A stretch of DNA of 59,879 nucleotides, counting the filler, from Sphacelaria rigidula (taxonomy: Eukaryota): assembly GCA_964200075.2 (NCBI GenBank). It is 5 parts of 5 records of this genome, joined end to end, with 100 filler letters (N's around TTAATTAATTAA, not from the genome) between each part and the next. Parts side by side here need not be neighbours in the genome. Positions count along the whole stretch, not along the records: positions 47,987 to 59,879 come from CAXNAA020004364.1; 4 more parts are not named here. One strand, given 5' to 3'. Position numbers and translations under genes: made by a program. This document shows positions 48,422 to 59,879 of this stretch, one piece after another; within the stretch, counting starts at the first letter, position 1; every line of letters starts with the position of its first letter. The notes beneath the pieces are model-generated. The model searched no databases. It was not told the origin of the DNA and saw only the letters and a program-made list of their open reading frames with translations.

Positions 48422-48647
48422 GTACGGGAAATGGAGACGTTCGGTCGACAGGAAATCAGCTCTCATCATACCCAGTTTTTTCTACAAGCTTTGGAATTCT
48501 ATTACGTTGGCGTTTAGGTGTCTGGAGAGTATACTTCGTTGTGTAGCCGACAATACAAAAAAATGGTCCTGCTGCCGACTTATCCCTTGTTTGGTATGGA
48601 GAAAAGAAAAAGCAAGCGCGTATTTGCAGTCATCATTTTTCGCCCAG

Positions 48648-48712
48648 TTTCGACGTTTGGCGCGGTTATTGAATAAGGAGTGCGTTCGCAGTTCGCAGTG
48701 CGCAGAGCCAAG
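48648..48712 (+). CDS. candidate next exon of the same unknown gene
   Basis: Boundaries ttttcgcccag|TTT...CCA AG|gtaaat. Phase-compatible with the previous exon. Encodes FRRLARLLNKECVRSSQCAEP. Confidence 0.4.
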
Positions 48713-49049
48713 GTAAATGCTCCAATTCGATAGAAACGTGGCGGAATAGTGACCGCGGAATCTACTTTGGTATATCACCGACTTGAACAACACACTATTC
48801 ATCGTGATTCACACCTCGAGTTGTGATCAACAACCTCTTTAGCGACTAACCCTTGCACGATGAACCATCTTTGTCAAACCGAAGCATCACGCCGCGTGTT
48901 GTGCCGCCACTTCTATGATGTCAGGTAGCAAATCACAAATCACACACCGGTGCTGCTGTACCTTCATACAATCAGGCGTGCACTCCGTTAGGTTGCTAGT
49001 GTCAGTGTAGTACCGTGAAGTCTTGCGAACCGTGACCCCACCAAAACAG

Positions 49050-49702
49050 CCGTATCGTATCGTAGCGAGTATCAGTATCGAGTATCAATACGTATCGGCC
49101 CATTTTCAGCGTATCGCAAAAATATCGATATCGACGTCTTGAGACCGATACGTTGAAATATCGTATCGAGCTTTTTTTTCCGTTCGATATTCAACACTGG
49201 CGCGCATATAATTTCGCATAAAACGTGGTTTTGCGCATAAGCATATGCAAACATATGTTTTTGGAGATTTCAGCATAACAGAGGCAAAACAACTCAGTTT
49301 TACGCATAACTTGGCGCATATAATACTCTAACGGGATTATGTACCCCATGTCTAGTAGCTAGTAGCTGCCCGCGGGTGCTCCATGTGGCGTGGTTCGTTG
49401 AGTAGTGGCGTTTTTGTTCGTAATTTCTTTTTTTGAACTTCGTTGCGGGTCTGATATCGGTTATGGTGCTGTATCTGAGCTACTTTATGTTCATGTGAAA
49501 CTGAAAAAAATACGTGTCATATTTCACATCAAACAGAGGAACCCGCGAGGAACTGCCTCAAGAAGGGCGCGAAAAAGGCGCATAAGTCGCGCATATTTCA
49601 CCCTAAAACGCATAAATCGGCGCATAATGCTTACTTTTGGACATAAAAAAATGGAAAAACGCGCATAAATAAAAAATAACGCACAAGAAGCAAAAGCCTA
49701 GC
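49050..49702. mobile_element. two adjacent hAT-like transposon ends with subterminal motif arrays
   Basis: GTATCG/CGATA array ending caacactg (rc CAGTGTTG) at about 49199. CGCATA array ending gcaaaagccta (rc TAGGCTTTTGC) at about 49700. Confidence 0.5.
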
Positions 49703-52700
49703 CGTCGGCACAGGATTGCCTCGCGCATTTCTGTCCAAATCGGCGCTTCTGATCCTCAACATCTGCGGCACCTCATCAATGGTGAGCAGATAGGCGACGG
49801 TTTCGAACTATGCCGCCGTATCTCCCCCAAAGAAGAAGTATAATGGAACCCGAGTCGACATACAAACACACATACACTTAGACACACTCACACACACTAC
49901 TATCGTAGTACAACCAAGTACTTCTGTACCCACGGCCAAAAATCCTCCTTCACGCACAAAAAACACGAAATGGCTTGCGCAGCCCTCATACCCGAATTAT
50001 GAGGCAAGGAGTCACCAGGGCCTTGAAGACTTCAGTAACTAAACGTTGAATGGACGTTTGAAAGTTGTCAGCTTTTGTAATTTGGATCGCCAGATGTTTG
50101 GATTTTTTTCCTGTTTGAGTCATCCGTCGATAGGGAGGGCGGGGTTGGTATGTTGGGGAATTTTCTTGCACGAAGGTGCCATTTCATATTGTCGTTTAAA
50201 GCAGTACCTTTTGTTCGAACGCGCTCGGTACCAATAAAACACACTCCTTCATCCTCTTTGACACCGTTTTCACCAGAATGTTCGAGGTTCTCTGACACAC
50301 CTGCCTGGGAGCTCCTGATTTTGTGCAATCAAGTACTTCTCCCTCCCGGAGGATCCCTCGTTGTCGAATCCGCCGAACTTTGGAGTAAGGCCTCGATAGT
50401 CCCCCCGCAAAAACGTGGCGTGTTGAAGAGGAAGTATCTACATGCAGATCAACATGATAAAAGCCGAGCGCACCGAGCAGCTGGGAAGCTCCCACGGTTG
50501 GGAGAAAACCCGCAAATGTCATTCATATGAGGCACTTTATGCAGTCTGAACGCAGCTGCCATGCGCTGCACAACCATTTTTTCGTGACAGCTTTTGGAGC
50601 TCATGTGGGAGTCGGTTTTGGTGGCATCGCTCATGTGCCGATTATGATAAATCGAGTCCAAATGGCTTCGACTTTGTGGTCATGTTTTTCTGGAGAACTG
50701 GGGCCACTTTTTGCGCATTGATGGCTTGACGTGCAAAGTTGATCGAGTCAAAGAAAACAACCGTCGACTAGCCCAGGTCGTACAGCGGTTCCAAGCGGGG
50801 CAGGCACATCGACCAAGCTCATCAATGGTCGAGTGGATGGTATCACAATTAATCACAGACCGCTACTCGCACCTCGCGCACATGCATTCCTGAAGTATAT
50901 TAAATAGTTCAACAGAACACCCTGCACATACAATCGCATGTACCAGCGCAAATACTGTAGTATCGCCCCTTTCAATTGCAGACCTCGAGAAGCATTTTCC
51001 TGCACCGGCAACCGGAGCTCCGAGCAGAGATTATTATCGTCCGTAAGCCTCACAACACCAAGTCTTTTCAGAAACGCCATGAAAAATCTACCGAACCAGT
51101 CGAATAAATGCATGAGGGGAGTCATACAGAAGCATCGCCCGTAATATCCACATGCTCATTTTGCACCCCACATGATTGTCTTTGGGGTACACGGCGATGC
51201 TCTCGACGACGCGATCCACCGATGTGCGGTTGATGGCCTAGTTCTCGAGCGCTTTCACGAGGGTCACCATGAAAGCGAAGGAATCACAGCCCACCATGTT
51301 CAGAGAACGCAAGGGTTCTTCTACTCGGAGTGGCTCTGCTCACGAGTAATGAGATTGACGCCCGCCAACTCGTCGCATGTCTTGATCCCAACAAGCAAAG
51401 CTCGACACCCCGGGCCGTGATTTATTTCGTCAGCTCCTTCGGGGATTGGAACAGTCCGGCGAAATTTCCAAGAAGCGGATGAGGTTTCCGAACGTGGGAG
51501 TTTGCGGCCGGCTTGGTGTTGAGGGAGAGGTGGTGGCCTTGAAACCAGTCCCCCCTCACTGGCACTTTCTCAAGAATTGCAGTCGGATAGTGCAATCTAC
51601 AAGCACTTCAGAGCATGGACGGGGGTTCCAAACCCCACCCCACCACGTATAAAATGCACTGCAGGAATGATCACGGGAGCATGTAGCGATTTTCAGCAGG
51701 AGAAGAGAATGTAAAACGATATCACGGAGGGAGCGCTTTTGAACAGCAGGATAGTACCTGACGTAGATTATGACGAAACAGGAACTACACACATCCGCAG
51801 GAAACAAAGCAGACGAGCGTGACCAAATCTTTGCAGCTTTGGATAAAATAGAAAGGGGCAACAACAGCATCCAATGCCGGCACCTGGATTCTTCTTCATG
51901 CGGTCATTGGCGGGTCCTATCGCAACAGCGATAAAGCTCACCGTGGCCTGCACCGAAAGTACGCCCGGATTACCGTAGGTCGGTGACCCAGGAAGTAACA
52001 ATGCTCGCAGGCGTGGAACGCACTCTGCATGTCACGCCAAGAAACACGCTGCGTCCCCCTCAATGCACTATGTACCGATCGGGCCAGCACGTGTGGCCGA
52101 TAGATACTAACTGGGCCAGCCTAAAATTTCAGCTCATATTTCGTCAGCACACCATGACTTTTTCAGTTTTCCGTGTTGAGCTGGATTAAGTAAATCGCTG
52201 TGAAGTGCGGACCAACCTACTAATGTACGTTATGCCGCGAGAGCAAAGGGCGGAGCAATGTACTGATGAATCATGTGTGGCCTCAACGATGGAACTAGAA
52301 AACACGGGACTTTACAAGGTGAATATGTTTTTTTTCCCGAGGATGTGCCTTGGGAATCTTCGTAAGCATAGAATTGTTTCGAACAAAATATGCAAATGCA
52401 CTGTGCGACTGTGACGTGTGCCCCCCCTCATTCTCGGAAGAATCCAACCACATTTTGTCAAATCTTTTTTTTACACCGAGCAATTTCGACGTCCGTTTAT
52501 TCCCGAACAAAAAACTGTTTCTATATATTAGAATGCCCTGTTAACACGGGAGTTCACAAATTGCGGATGGATTTGTCTCTAGGATGAGCGAGGCCACACA
52601 TCACGGCCGGGTAGTGCATGTGCATTTTGTTTTCGCTAATACTTTGATGCTTGCTAAGGTTCTCAGGTTTTCTCTCAATAAACCGGTGTCACACAAAAAG

Positions 52701-54978
52701 TGGAATGCGCGGCCCATTTGGAAGATATTTGACCTAAAATTTTACACATACGTTTTCGACGTCCATACGCAGAGAATGATTGCGGTCGTTAAACATATAT
52801 ACATGCACAAGTCGCTAGGGACCGTCGCTGCGCGCCGGTCCCTCACGCCGTATTTCCAGAAGCGGACAAGGTTATTTAAGAAGCGGAGAAAAAGGGCGAT
52901 ACATATCGCCAAGCCCTCATGAGAGGAAAACCTGTTCCCGATAGCCACTTTATCAAATAGGCTCGATTCTGTGTTAGGGAAGATGTTTTGTGCAGAAGCG
53001 GGAAGAATTTTCCCAGATGTTTATAGTGGTTGCAGTATCTAGAAGCCATTTCAGAACACATTGACATGCAAGATTGCCTGTGTGATGAACCAAGTGAGTC
53101 AGTTCAGTGTGGGAGAAGCAGTAAGGTATGAGGGCAAGTGCATCCACGATGAAGTGACAATAATGGTGTCTGGGTTGAAGTCGAGGTTGATGAGATCCGG
53201 GAGACGGGTGTGGTGCGACCATCAGGTGGTGACAGCATCGCGAATCGATGTTGTCTGAGATTTTTACAAGCGGCGTCACCAAGTCACCAAGTCAGGACGG
53301 CATCACCGAATCACGAAATCAGGCCGCCGGGGTGGGCGGACAGGGCAAACACAAGGTTAGGAGGAGAGAGTCGACACATCCCCAAGTCTACCCTCCTGTA
53401 AGGATCCCACATTTACGTTCACGGCGTTGATACACGGGGATAGTTCTGCGTCAGTTCCAGGCTTTTGCAGTTCTTTGCCAGCAAGGCGGATCGTGTCGAG
53501 TTGAACCGAGGTTACAGCAGTGGGCCTTTGATACCTCGGACAATCGCGTTGGATAAGCAGGTTGTTGAATAAAATGACTTTTGGACAACGTGGGCAGCCG
53601 CGTCGATCAGACCGAGACTAGACTGGACGATACCAATGCAGGTGTAGAAAGCTTGGCGATGCAGTGATGCGGCTCGCGAACATTGCGGCGGTTCGTCTGG
53701 TGAAGGACGTGTTGAACCGAGGAGTGTTGAATCGGCTGGCCTCCCGGTGCTGACTCTACTACACCAGCGGCTACAGCAGGTCGCATGTATCTCATGATGT
53801 GGCACCGGCGTAGCTCCGCCGTCCGGCCGTGGTGCCGTCAGGCAGGCCGGCTGCACGATAAGAGTAGCCTGGCGCGCTAGCCGGGCGCTGACGCGGCACG
53901 ACGAATTTGCAGGTCCAGGACGACAGGGCGAATCTGCAGGTGCTGGTTGGGATGATAATGGACACTGCAAGTCCGGTTCGCCGGTCGTACCGCCCTCGTT
54001 CCCGCTGGAGGTGGCGCGTGGCGCTCAGGGGCGGCAGCAACGGCAATCGCCACAACAGTGAGCTGCTGATGCCTGGTTCCATGACTCACCTACATTCTGG
54101 TATGTTGGATGTACGTGTCGATGGTGGTTTCGGCGTTGCCGGGGTGTTCAAAAAGGTATGAAATGACAATTGCGTATCCTGACTGTGGAATACCGGCTGT
54201 CCCGCACCTCACCAAGCTACCTTGTTGCGTATGTATGACGGTGATGTTGGGATGCTTGTCACCCGTCCGTATAGGCGAGGACTTATTTGTGTCTCAGGTG
54301 GATGTGCAAAGCACCCGTCCATAGTTCCGCGACTGGAAGAGGTTTCTTCGGATTTGTCTGTTGGTGTGTGTGTCACAACGGGGGGTACCCAATGATGTCA
54401 TGGCACATGAGAATTTGGCTCATGCATTAGGGTGTGTGGATCATATGATGGCGTGTGCGCCTAAATGAGGCATTTGCGCTGGCGTTTGACGTGAGGCGGG
54501 TCTTGGATATTACAAATTTCCGTGTCTCCACGTTGGGGGTTGTAGTGCACCATATATTTCGTATCATTTATGATCTCACTTTTTCCCTGGTTCATCGCCG
54601 CACTCGAGTGTTGACGCGGACCCCGAATTTCTACAGGCACTACCTTGTGGGATAGGCGGGAATTGTACTTCGTCCTGCTACTTATTGTGTCCTTGCGGTA
54701 AAATTTGGCCCCTCCGCGCGCACTGTGATTGGTATACTGTACTCGATGTCAAAGGGGCGTTTTCGCCAGGTGCTTTGGACTCGGCACGCGCCGCGTATTT
54801 CGGCTGTGCATTCGGGGATATGGCTGTAGCTACCTGTGTTTAGAACTCGGGTGGCGCAGGCAGCTCTTCAAGTCTCCTCTGTTGTTCTGTCCTACCTTTT
54901 CTGTTCCTCCTATTTTCTTCAGCAAGCGTTTCAGTTGTTTTGTCTCAGGTACATCTATCATGTAACCGCCGTTGGATC

Positions 54979-55125
54979 CTTGGGGGGTCGGTTAATTTGC
55001 GGCTATCAAATCAAATCGAATCAAATCTTGGGGGGTCGGTTCATTTGAAGAAATCAAATCAAATCAAATCAAATCAATTCTTGGGGGATCGTTTAATTTG
55101 CGGCAATCGAATCAAATCAAATCAA
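54979..55125 (+). repeat. three minisatellite units of about 50 bp containing (AAATC)n
   Basis: ttggggg.tcg.tt.atttg followed by aaatc repeats, three times. Confidence 0.9.
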
Positions 55126-55711
55126 CTGGCAGCAGTCCCGGACTTCACGGCTTGATGACGGCTGCCTTTGAATATTCGTACATCAGCATCCCCTTCTTTT
55201 TTCCGCGCATGCGGTGACAGACATCGGCCGCCGTGCAGCTCAGTCTGTCAAGATAGCACAGCGGCGACAGGGGCGTATTGCCACTCTGTCCGTGAACGGT
55301 AAGGCAGTTCCGAGAGGGTGGCGGCAGGGTTGGTCATTCCTCTTGCATGTGCATCTATGTTGATGACGGTATACTGGTGGAAGTTTTTTTTCCCCAGACG
55401 GCGAATGATGTTTGGGGCGAGACCCTTATCATATGGTCATGTTCGTTTTCTGAGCGAGCCTTGTTTGATGCAAAGAGCAAATGTCGGCCTTGGGTACACT
55501 ACACGATTGGAAGTAGTGAGTTTGGTGATTGATGCTGACTCCTTCGCTATTTTGCATTCAGAGGCAAACAGCAACAAATTGCAAAGGCGTGGTTGCAGTG
55601 GCCTCGAGAACGCAAGGGTGGATCAGAGAGAGACATTTCGTCGTTGACTGGTTTTCTGCTGCACGTCTCGTTCATTTCACGCCCGGGAAAGTCCTTTAAT
55701 CACCGCATGCT

Positions 55712-56010
55712 CGCATCGGCTGGGGTGCGCCGCCCCTCCCCGTCCAGTGTTGTGACGGGGGATGATTTTCAAAGAGGACGGCAACGATGTCGCGGGTGGT
55801 GATATTGGACCCGCATCGACTGGGGTGCGTCGCCCCTCCCCGTCCCGTGTTGTGTCGGGGGATTGTTTCAAAGAGGGCGGCGACGATGTCGCGGGCGGTG
55901 ATGTCAAGCCCAAATTGGCTGGGGTGCGCCGCCCCTCCCCGTCCCGTGTTGTGACAGGGGATGTTTTCAAAGAGGGCGGCGACGAAGTCGCGAGCGATGA
56001 TATTGGGCCC
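55712..56010 (+). repeat. three tandem 99-100-bp units plus partial copies to about 56250
   Basis: ctggggtgcg.cgcccctccccgtcc at 55720, 55820 and 55919. Confidence 0.93.
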
Positions 56011-57159
56011 GAAATTTTATGATGATTCAGACGTGCGGCGTTGGCTGGTTGGCGATAGATTGTCGCTGTATAGAGCAGCATCATCGTAATCCCTTGTGTG
56101 TATATCCTCGTCCCGAGTTGTGACGAGGGATGCCTAAACAAAGGAGAAGAAGAAAAGGGCGCCGACGATGGCGCGGGTGGTGGTATTGAGCCCGGAGTGT
56201 TATGATGATCCAGACGAGTGGCGTTGGTGGTGGTATTGAGCCCGGAGGTTCACGGTGATCAAGCGTGTGGCGTTGCGTCGTTGACTATGGATTGTCACGG
56301 CGTGGAACAGCAATAACATCCCTGGTACAACGGTTGATGTTGCACCCGCCAATGTTGTCCTTGCCTTCGGATGCGTCGGACGCGGCTGTCAGGGGCTATT
56401 GTTTGCCGTCGGGCATGTGGCGGCGGTGTGACTTTACCGCCGAGGAAAAACCTGTTCCCGATAGCCACGTTATCAAATGAGATCTGTGCTGGATTAGGAA
56501 AAACGAGAATGCACGAAGGACGCACCTTCAGTTGGGGTAGCCGCTCCTCTGCGGATCCCCGCGACTTCCGTCGAATACCGGACAATGAGGCCGACAATGA
56601 TAAGGAGGTCCTTGTCAGAGGAGACATGTTTTCCACAAGGCATTATGCTATACTTGGAAAAAAGTGTACCAGCTAAGCCTTTTACGTCTGTGGGTGTATT
56701 AATACTGAAATTTGTACGATTTTCATGAAACTCAGAATTTTGGTGAATTCGGACATTCGGCAAAAATTTGCGCTATTCAGATTCTCCTATAAATATTTTT
56801 GTAAAGAAAAGAAAATCTGGCTCTCCTATTTCGTTCTGCGTTCAGAAGTGTATCCTGCATGCAGGTTAGCGGGGATGAGGGTAGGGAGCCAGTATGTTGT
56901 ATTCCCATGCTGATACCCGCAGATAAGAGGTTTTCCGCAGGAAACAACACGTTCGCGAAATTTGGAACGGATTTTTTCGGAACGGGAGGCCTTTCGTGAT
57001 TTACACCGCGACAGTTATGGGCGCGCCTGAGGGCGTGTCTTCGCACTTTTCTTGTCGATCGAAAAAAACGGAGCGGTGGAATCGATTTGAGCGAAAATTT
57101 CTCGTTTTAATGCGGTTGGGTCCTGATGGATTTTCAAGCTTTCGATCGAAACAAGGCAG

Positions 57160-57530
57160 TGAAATTCGTGAAACGGTACGCGGTCACTCGTGTACAGTGC
57201 AGATAGTCTGTACTTTCTACACTGCTTGCAAGCAGGGTGTCTCAAGTGCGTGCGTGCGTGTTTCGTGCAGAAGGATATGAAGGAGAAGGGGGCAACGTGC
57301 AGTGCAGACAACCCAGGACTATCAGTTCTCTCTGCTTACAATGCGACGTGAAAATGACTTCAGGAACGTGTAGCTTTGTACTACCTGCACTGTCCATGAG
57401 CGTGCACGCAACTCGGTTGCCCACCGTACCACGCGGTTCCGTAGCTAATGCCCACCATGAGAGAAGATGAGACGATTTTCGCCAACAAAAAATAAACGAA
57501 GCACAACCAACTACTGCAGTGTATCTATCC
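57160..57530 (-). repeat. inverted copy of the repeat at 20225-20595
   Basis: Collinear reverse complement. Confidence 0.9.
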
Positions 57531-57835
57531 CTGAGTTCAACTCGTGGTCTATGCTGCAGGGTTGCGGTGGTAGCTGAGAATAAGTTGGATAGAGTTCGCA
57601 TGGTCCTGTAAGAATGTGTTATTTGACGTCGTGGTCTGTAAGATAGGAGTCAAGTGCCGTTTCGTGCCTTTCGACCGCATGTTTTTGATCGAAAACGATT
57701 ATTTTTTACCTTATTGCATTCTTCTCCGCGCGTCGCTGATTATAATTTTGAGTTGAAGCCTTCAAGGAACATAAGTGCGGCGGACCTATCAGATCGGCAG
57801 AAAAATATTTTGAGGTATGCACGTTACACATGCCA

Positions 57836-59050
57836 TAGTGTTACACGTTACGTTCACGTTACGTTTTGGCCGAAACGTAACGTGAACGTAAATATTTTTC
57901 CACGTGATGAATGTAACGTGAACGTAACGGTAAATTTTCAAATGAAACGTTAACGTAACGTTGATTTTTTTTCAAGTGACATGCGTAACGTAACGTGAAC
58001 GTGAAATTGCCCGAACGTTAAAAAAACTTGATATGAAACGTTTCGTTACACGTTACATGAAACGTCATCAACACGTTCTATGAAGCGGGGACACTTCAAG
58101 TCTGCGATGAATTTTCAAATTCTAAAAGATTGTGCTTGAATGAACCAGTGAGTTTGGATGACCATGGTACAGGATATACAATTTCAGCAAGTTCGCGCGC
58201 TCGGCGCCACCTCACACATGTAAGCTATCGTGACAAGCGATGGGTTTTCAAATCCTGAAGATTGTGCTTGAATAAAAACCAGTGAGTTTGAATGACCATG
58301 GTATAGGATATACTATTTCAGCAAGTTCGCGCGCTCCGCGCCACCTCACACATTATAAGCTATCGTGACAACATATAACATCATAACATTATAATTGTCT
58401 TGACCACACTCGTATCGAGAGATCGGGTGTAATGTACACGTGCACGTGGCGTTCACGTGCACCAGTACATGACATGGATCCAGGGGGGGGGAACGGCAAG
58501 TCCACAACGAGCGGGTGCCGCAGCAGCCTCCAGCCATTTTCGTCCGTTGCCGGTAGCTGCAGCATCTGATGCGGGACTCGACTGCCCCGTGGCCGGTGAC
58601 TCGCAGTGTGCAGTTAAGACGTATGTAGTGGGCGGGGATGAAGAAGCGGTGTATAGGCAGTTGATCTCGGTAGCTGAGAATTGCCCAGAACGCCCAAGGG
58701 AGTGTGCAGCGGCAGCTGCTGCTGCAGTCGGAGAGGCGTACTGTACTGCACTGCACTGTACTATACTGTATGTATGGGGCCGCAACGCTGATACCCTTCC
58801 AAGATAATTTTCTGCATGCAGCGAAGAGGGAAATGACGGCCCACCCTGACCACAAAGGACTGTGTGGCAAGGTGATGGGGACAATGATGTCATCCAAGGC
58901 CACAAGTGGTGGGCAGCCCGCTGATCGCCGCATCCTGTTCGGAGCTCTTTACCGCGACCCATCGTGCTTGCTACATCAGATGTACAATACCTAATGCGCA
59001 CCTTGCACCTGAAAATAGATTGGGTGAAACTTTCGGTCTTCCTCATAATC
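57836..59050 (+). mobile_element. decayed hAT-like transposon
   Basis: TAGTGTT start with dense CGTTAC/GTAACG/AACGT array to about 58065. Fragments KWWAAR, ASCSELFT, AHLAPEN and KLSVFL at about 58900-59045 resemble the hAT dimerisation domain. Confidence 0.5.
58112..58372 (+). repeat. tandem duplication, unit about 133 bp
   Basis: ttttcaaat.ct..agattgtgcttgaat...atttcagcaagttcgcgcgctc.gcgccacctcacacat..taagctatcgtgacaa occurs twice. Confidence 0.93.
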
Positions 59051-59879
59051 CTACCCCTGCGGTTACATATGCGGATTTTCAGCAACACATCACTGTTTCG
59101 TGCAGACGCCAGACAAGTCATTCCAAACCAGCCTCATTCGTCGTTCTGGAGGTCCGGTCCCAAAAGGGTTAATGCATGTACCGTATGCATATATAGAAAC
59201 AAGAGTACCCCATATAGTTATGTCTGCGAAATGCCAGGACGACGCAAACCGGTTTTCAATCATGTTCACGAACCGTTGTGTGTACAGTGTGTGCTATCGT
59301 GCGAATGACCGAGCATTCGAAAATTGAAAATTGAAGTTTGGCAACAAAAAGATGAAACGAAAAGGGGAGATACGGAAATAAGACGGTCAAAAAGGAATGA
59401 ACGAACAAGACAGGCTGTCATTCTCCAGCAGAGTAAACAAAACAAATTCTCCGCCAATCGGCGAAAGCTCTTCGTACCGCACAATTGCAGTTAGAGCAAC
59501 CAAAACGTGCACACAACCTTCACTCTGAACAGTCAACGGCACGTCTCTCGGTAATTCAGTCAGACTTGGACGAACAACCTCGGCGTCCCCGTTTACTGAT
59601 TATTGACCCCTCCACGACCATGGATGAACCCCGAACTTCATCCATGGCTACTAACATGGTCAATCCAATCAACGACACTGAATCACCCACACGTGCCCCT
59701 CTAACCGCGGGACTCCCTCCTTCACCACAGCAGGTTCTTCCAGCGGTACACAAACATAATCGCTCAGTCACTACGTTTCAGACCGCAGGTGGCCGTGAAC
59801 AACCCCCTCCCCCTTCGACTCCCCCCCCACGCAACAGAGGTGATCGATGACACGAAATTCGACGAGATTATATGGATAA

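Noticed and set aside
52263-52300. Second hammerhead candidate (CTGATGA-atc...gat-GGAAC)
   Set aside because: The core is GGAAC, there is no stem III or NUH triplet, and there is no stem I.
55712-56010. CRISPR-like array
   Set aside because: Whole units are similar with no unique spacers, there are no cas genes and the context is eukaryotic.
59485-59850. 121-aa Pro/Thr-rich ORF at the window end
   Set aside because: Low complexity, with no motif or splice support. It could be a TE ORF start but cannot be supported.

Overview
Eukaryotic, intron-rich, transposon-laden genomic DNA. GC content, intron length and TE content resemble a brown alga or other stramenopile (inference). The window is not one locus. 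It is five pieces of 11898, 11897, 11896, 11895 and 11893 bp joined by artificial 100-nt spacers (N44-TTAATTAATTAA-N44), so adjacency across spacers is meaningless. Piece 1 carries the last four exons of argC. Piece 2 carries the last seven exons of COG4, followed by decayed Ty3/gypsy and Ty1/copia remnants. Pieces 3-5 are mostly MITEs, hAT-like ends, SINE-like repeats, decayed retroelements and a few orphan exon candidates. The most unusual object is a 3.8-kb LTR element with no recognisable pol (41983-45759), inserted in a copia relic. It has a 37-nt primer-binding site copying a tRNA 3' half (His-like), an internal hammerhead-ribozyme-like motif and a densely base-paired block with a pseudoknot signature. 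A gypsy relic with a possible NADAR-like domain upstream of its protease is also notable.
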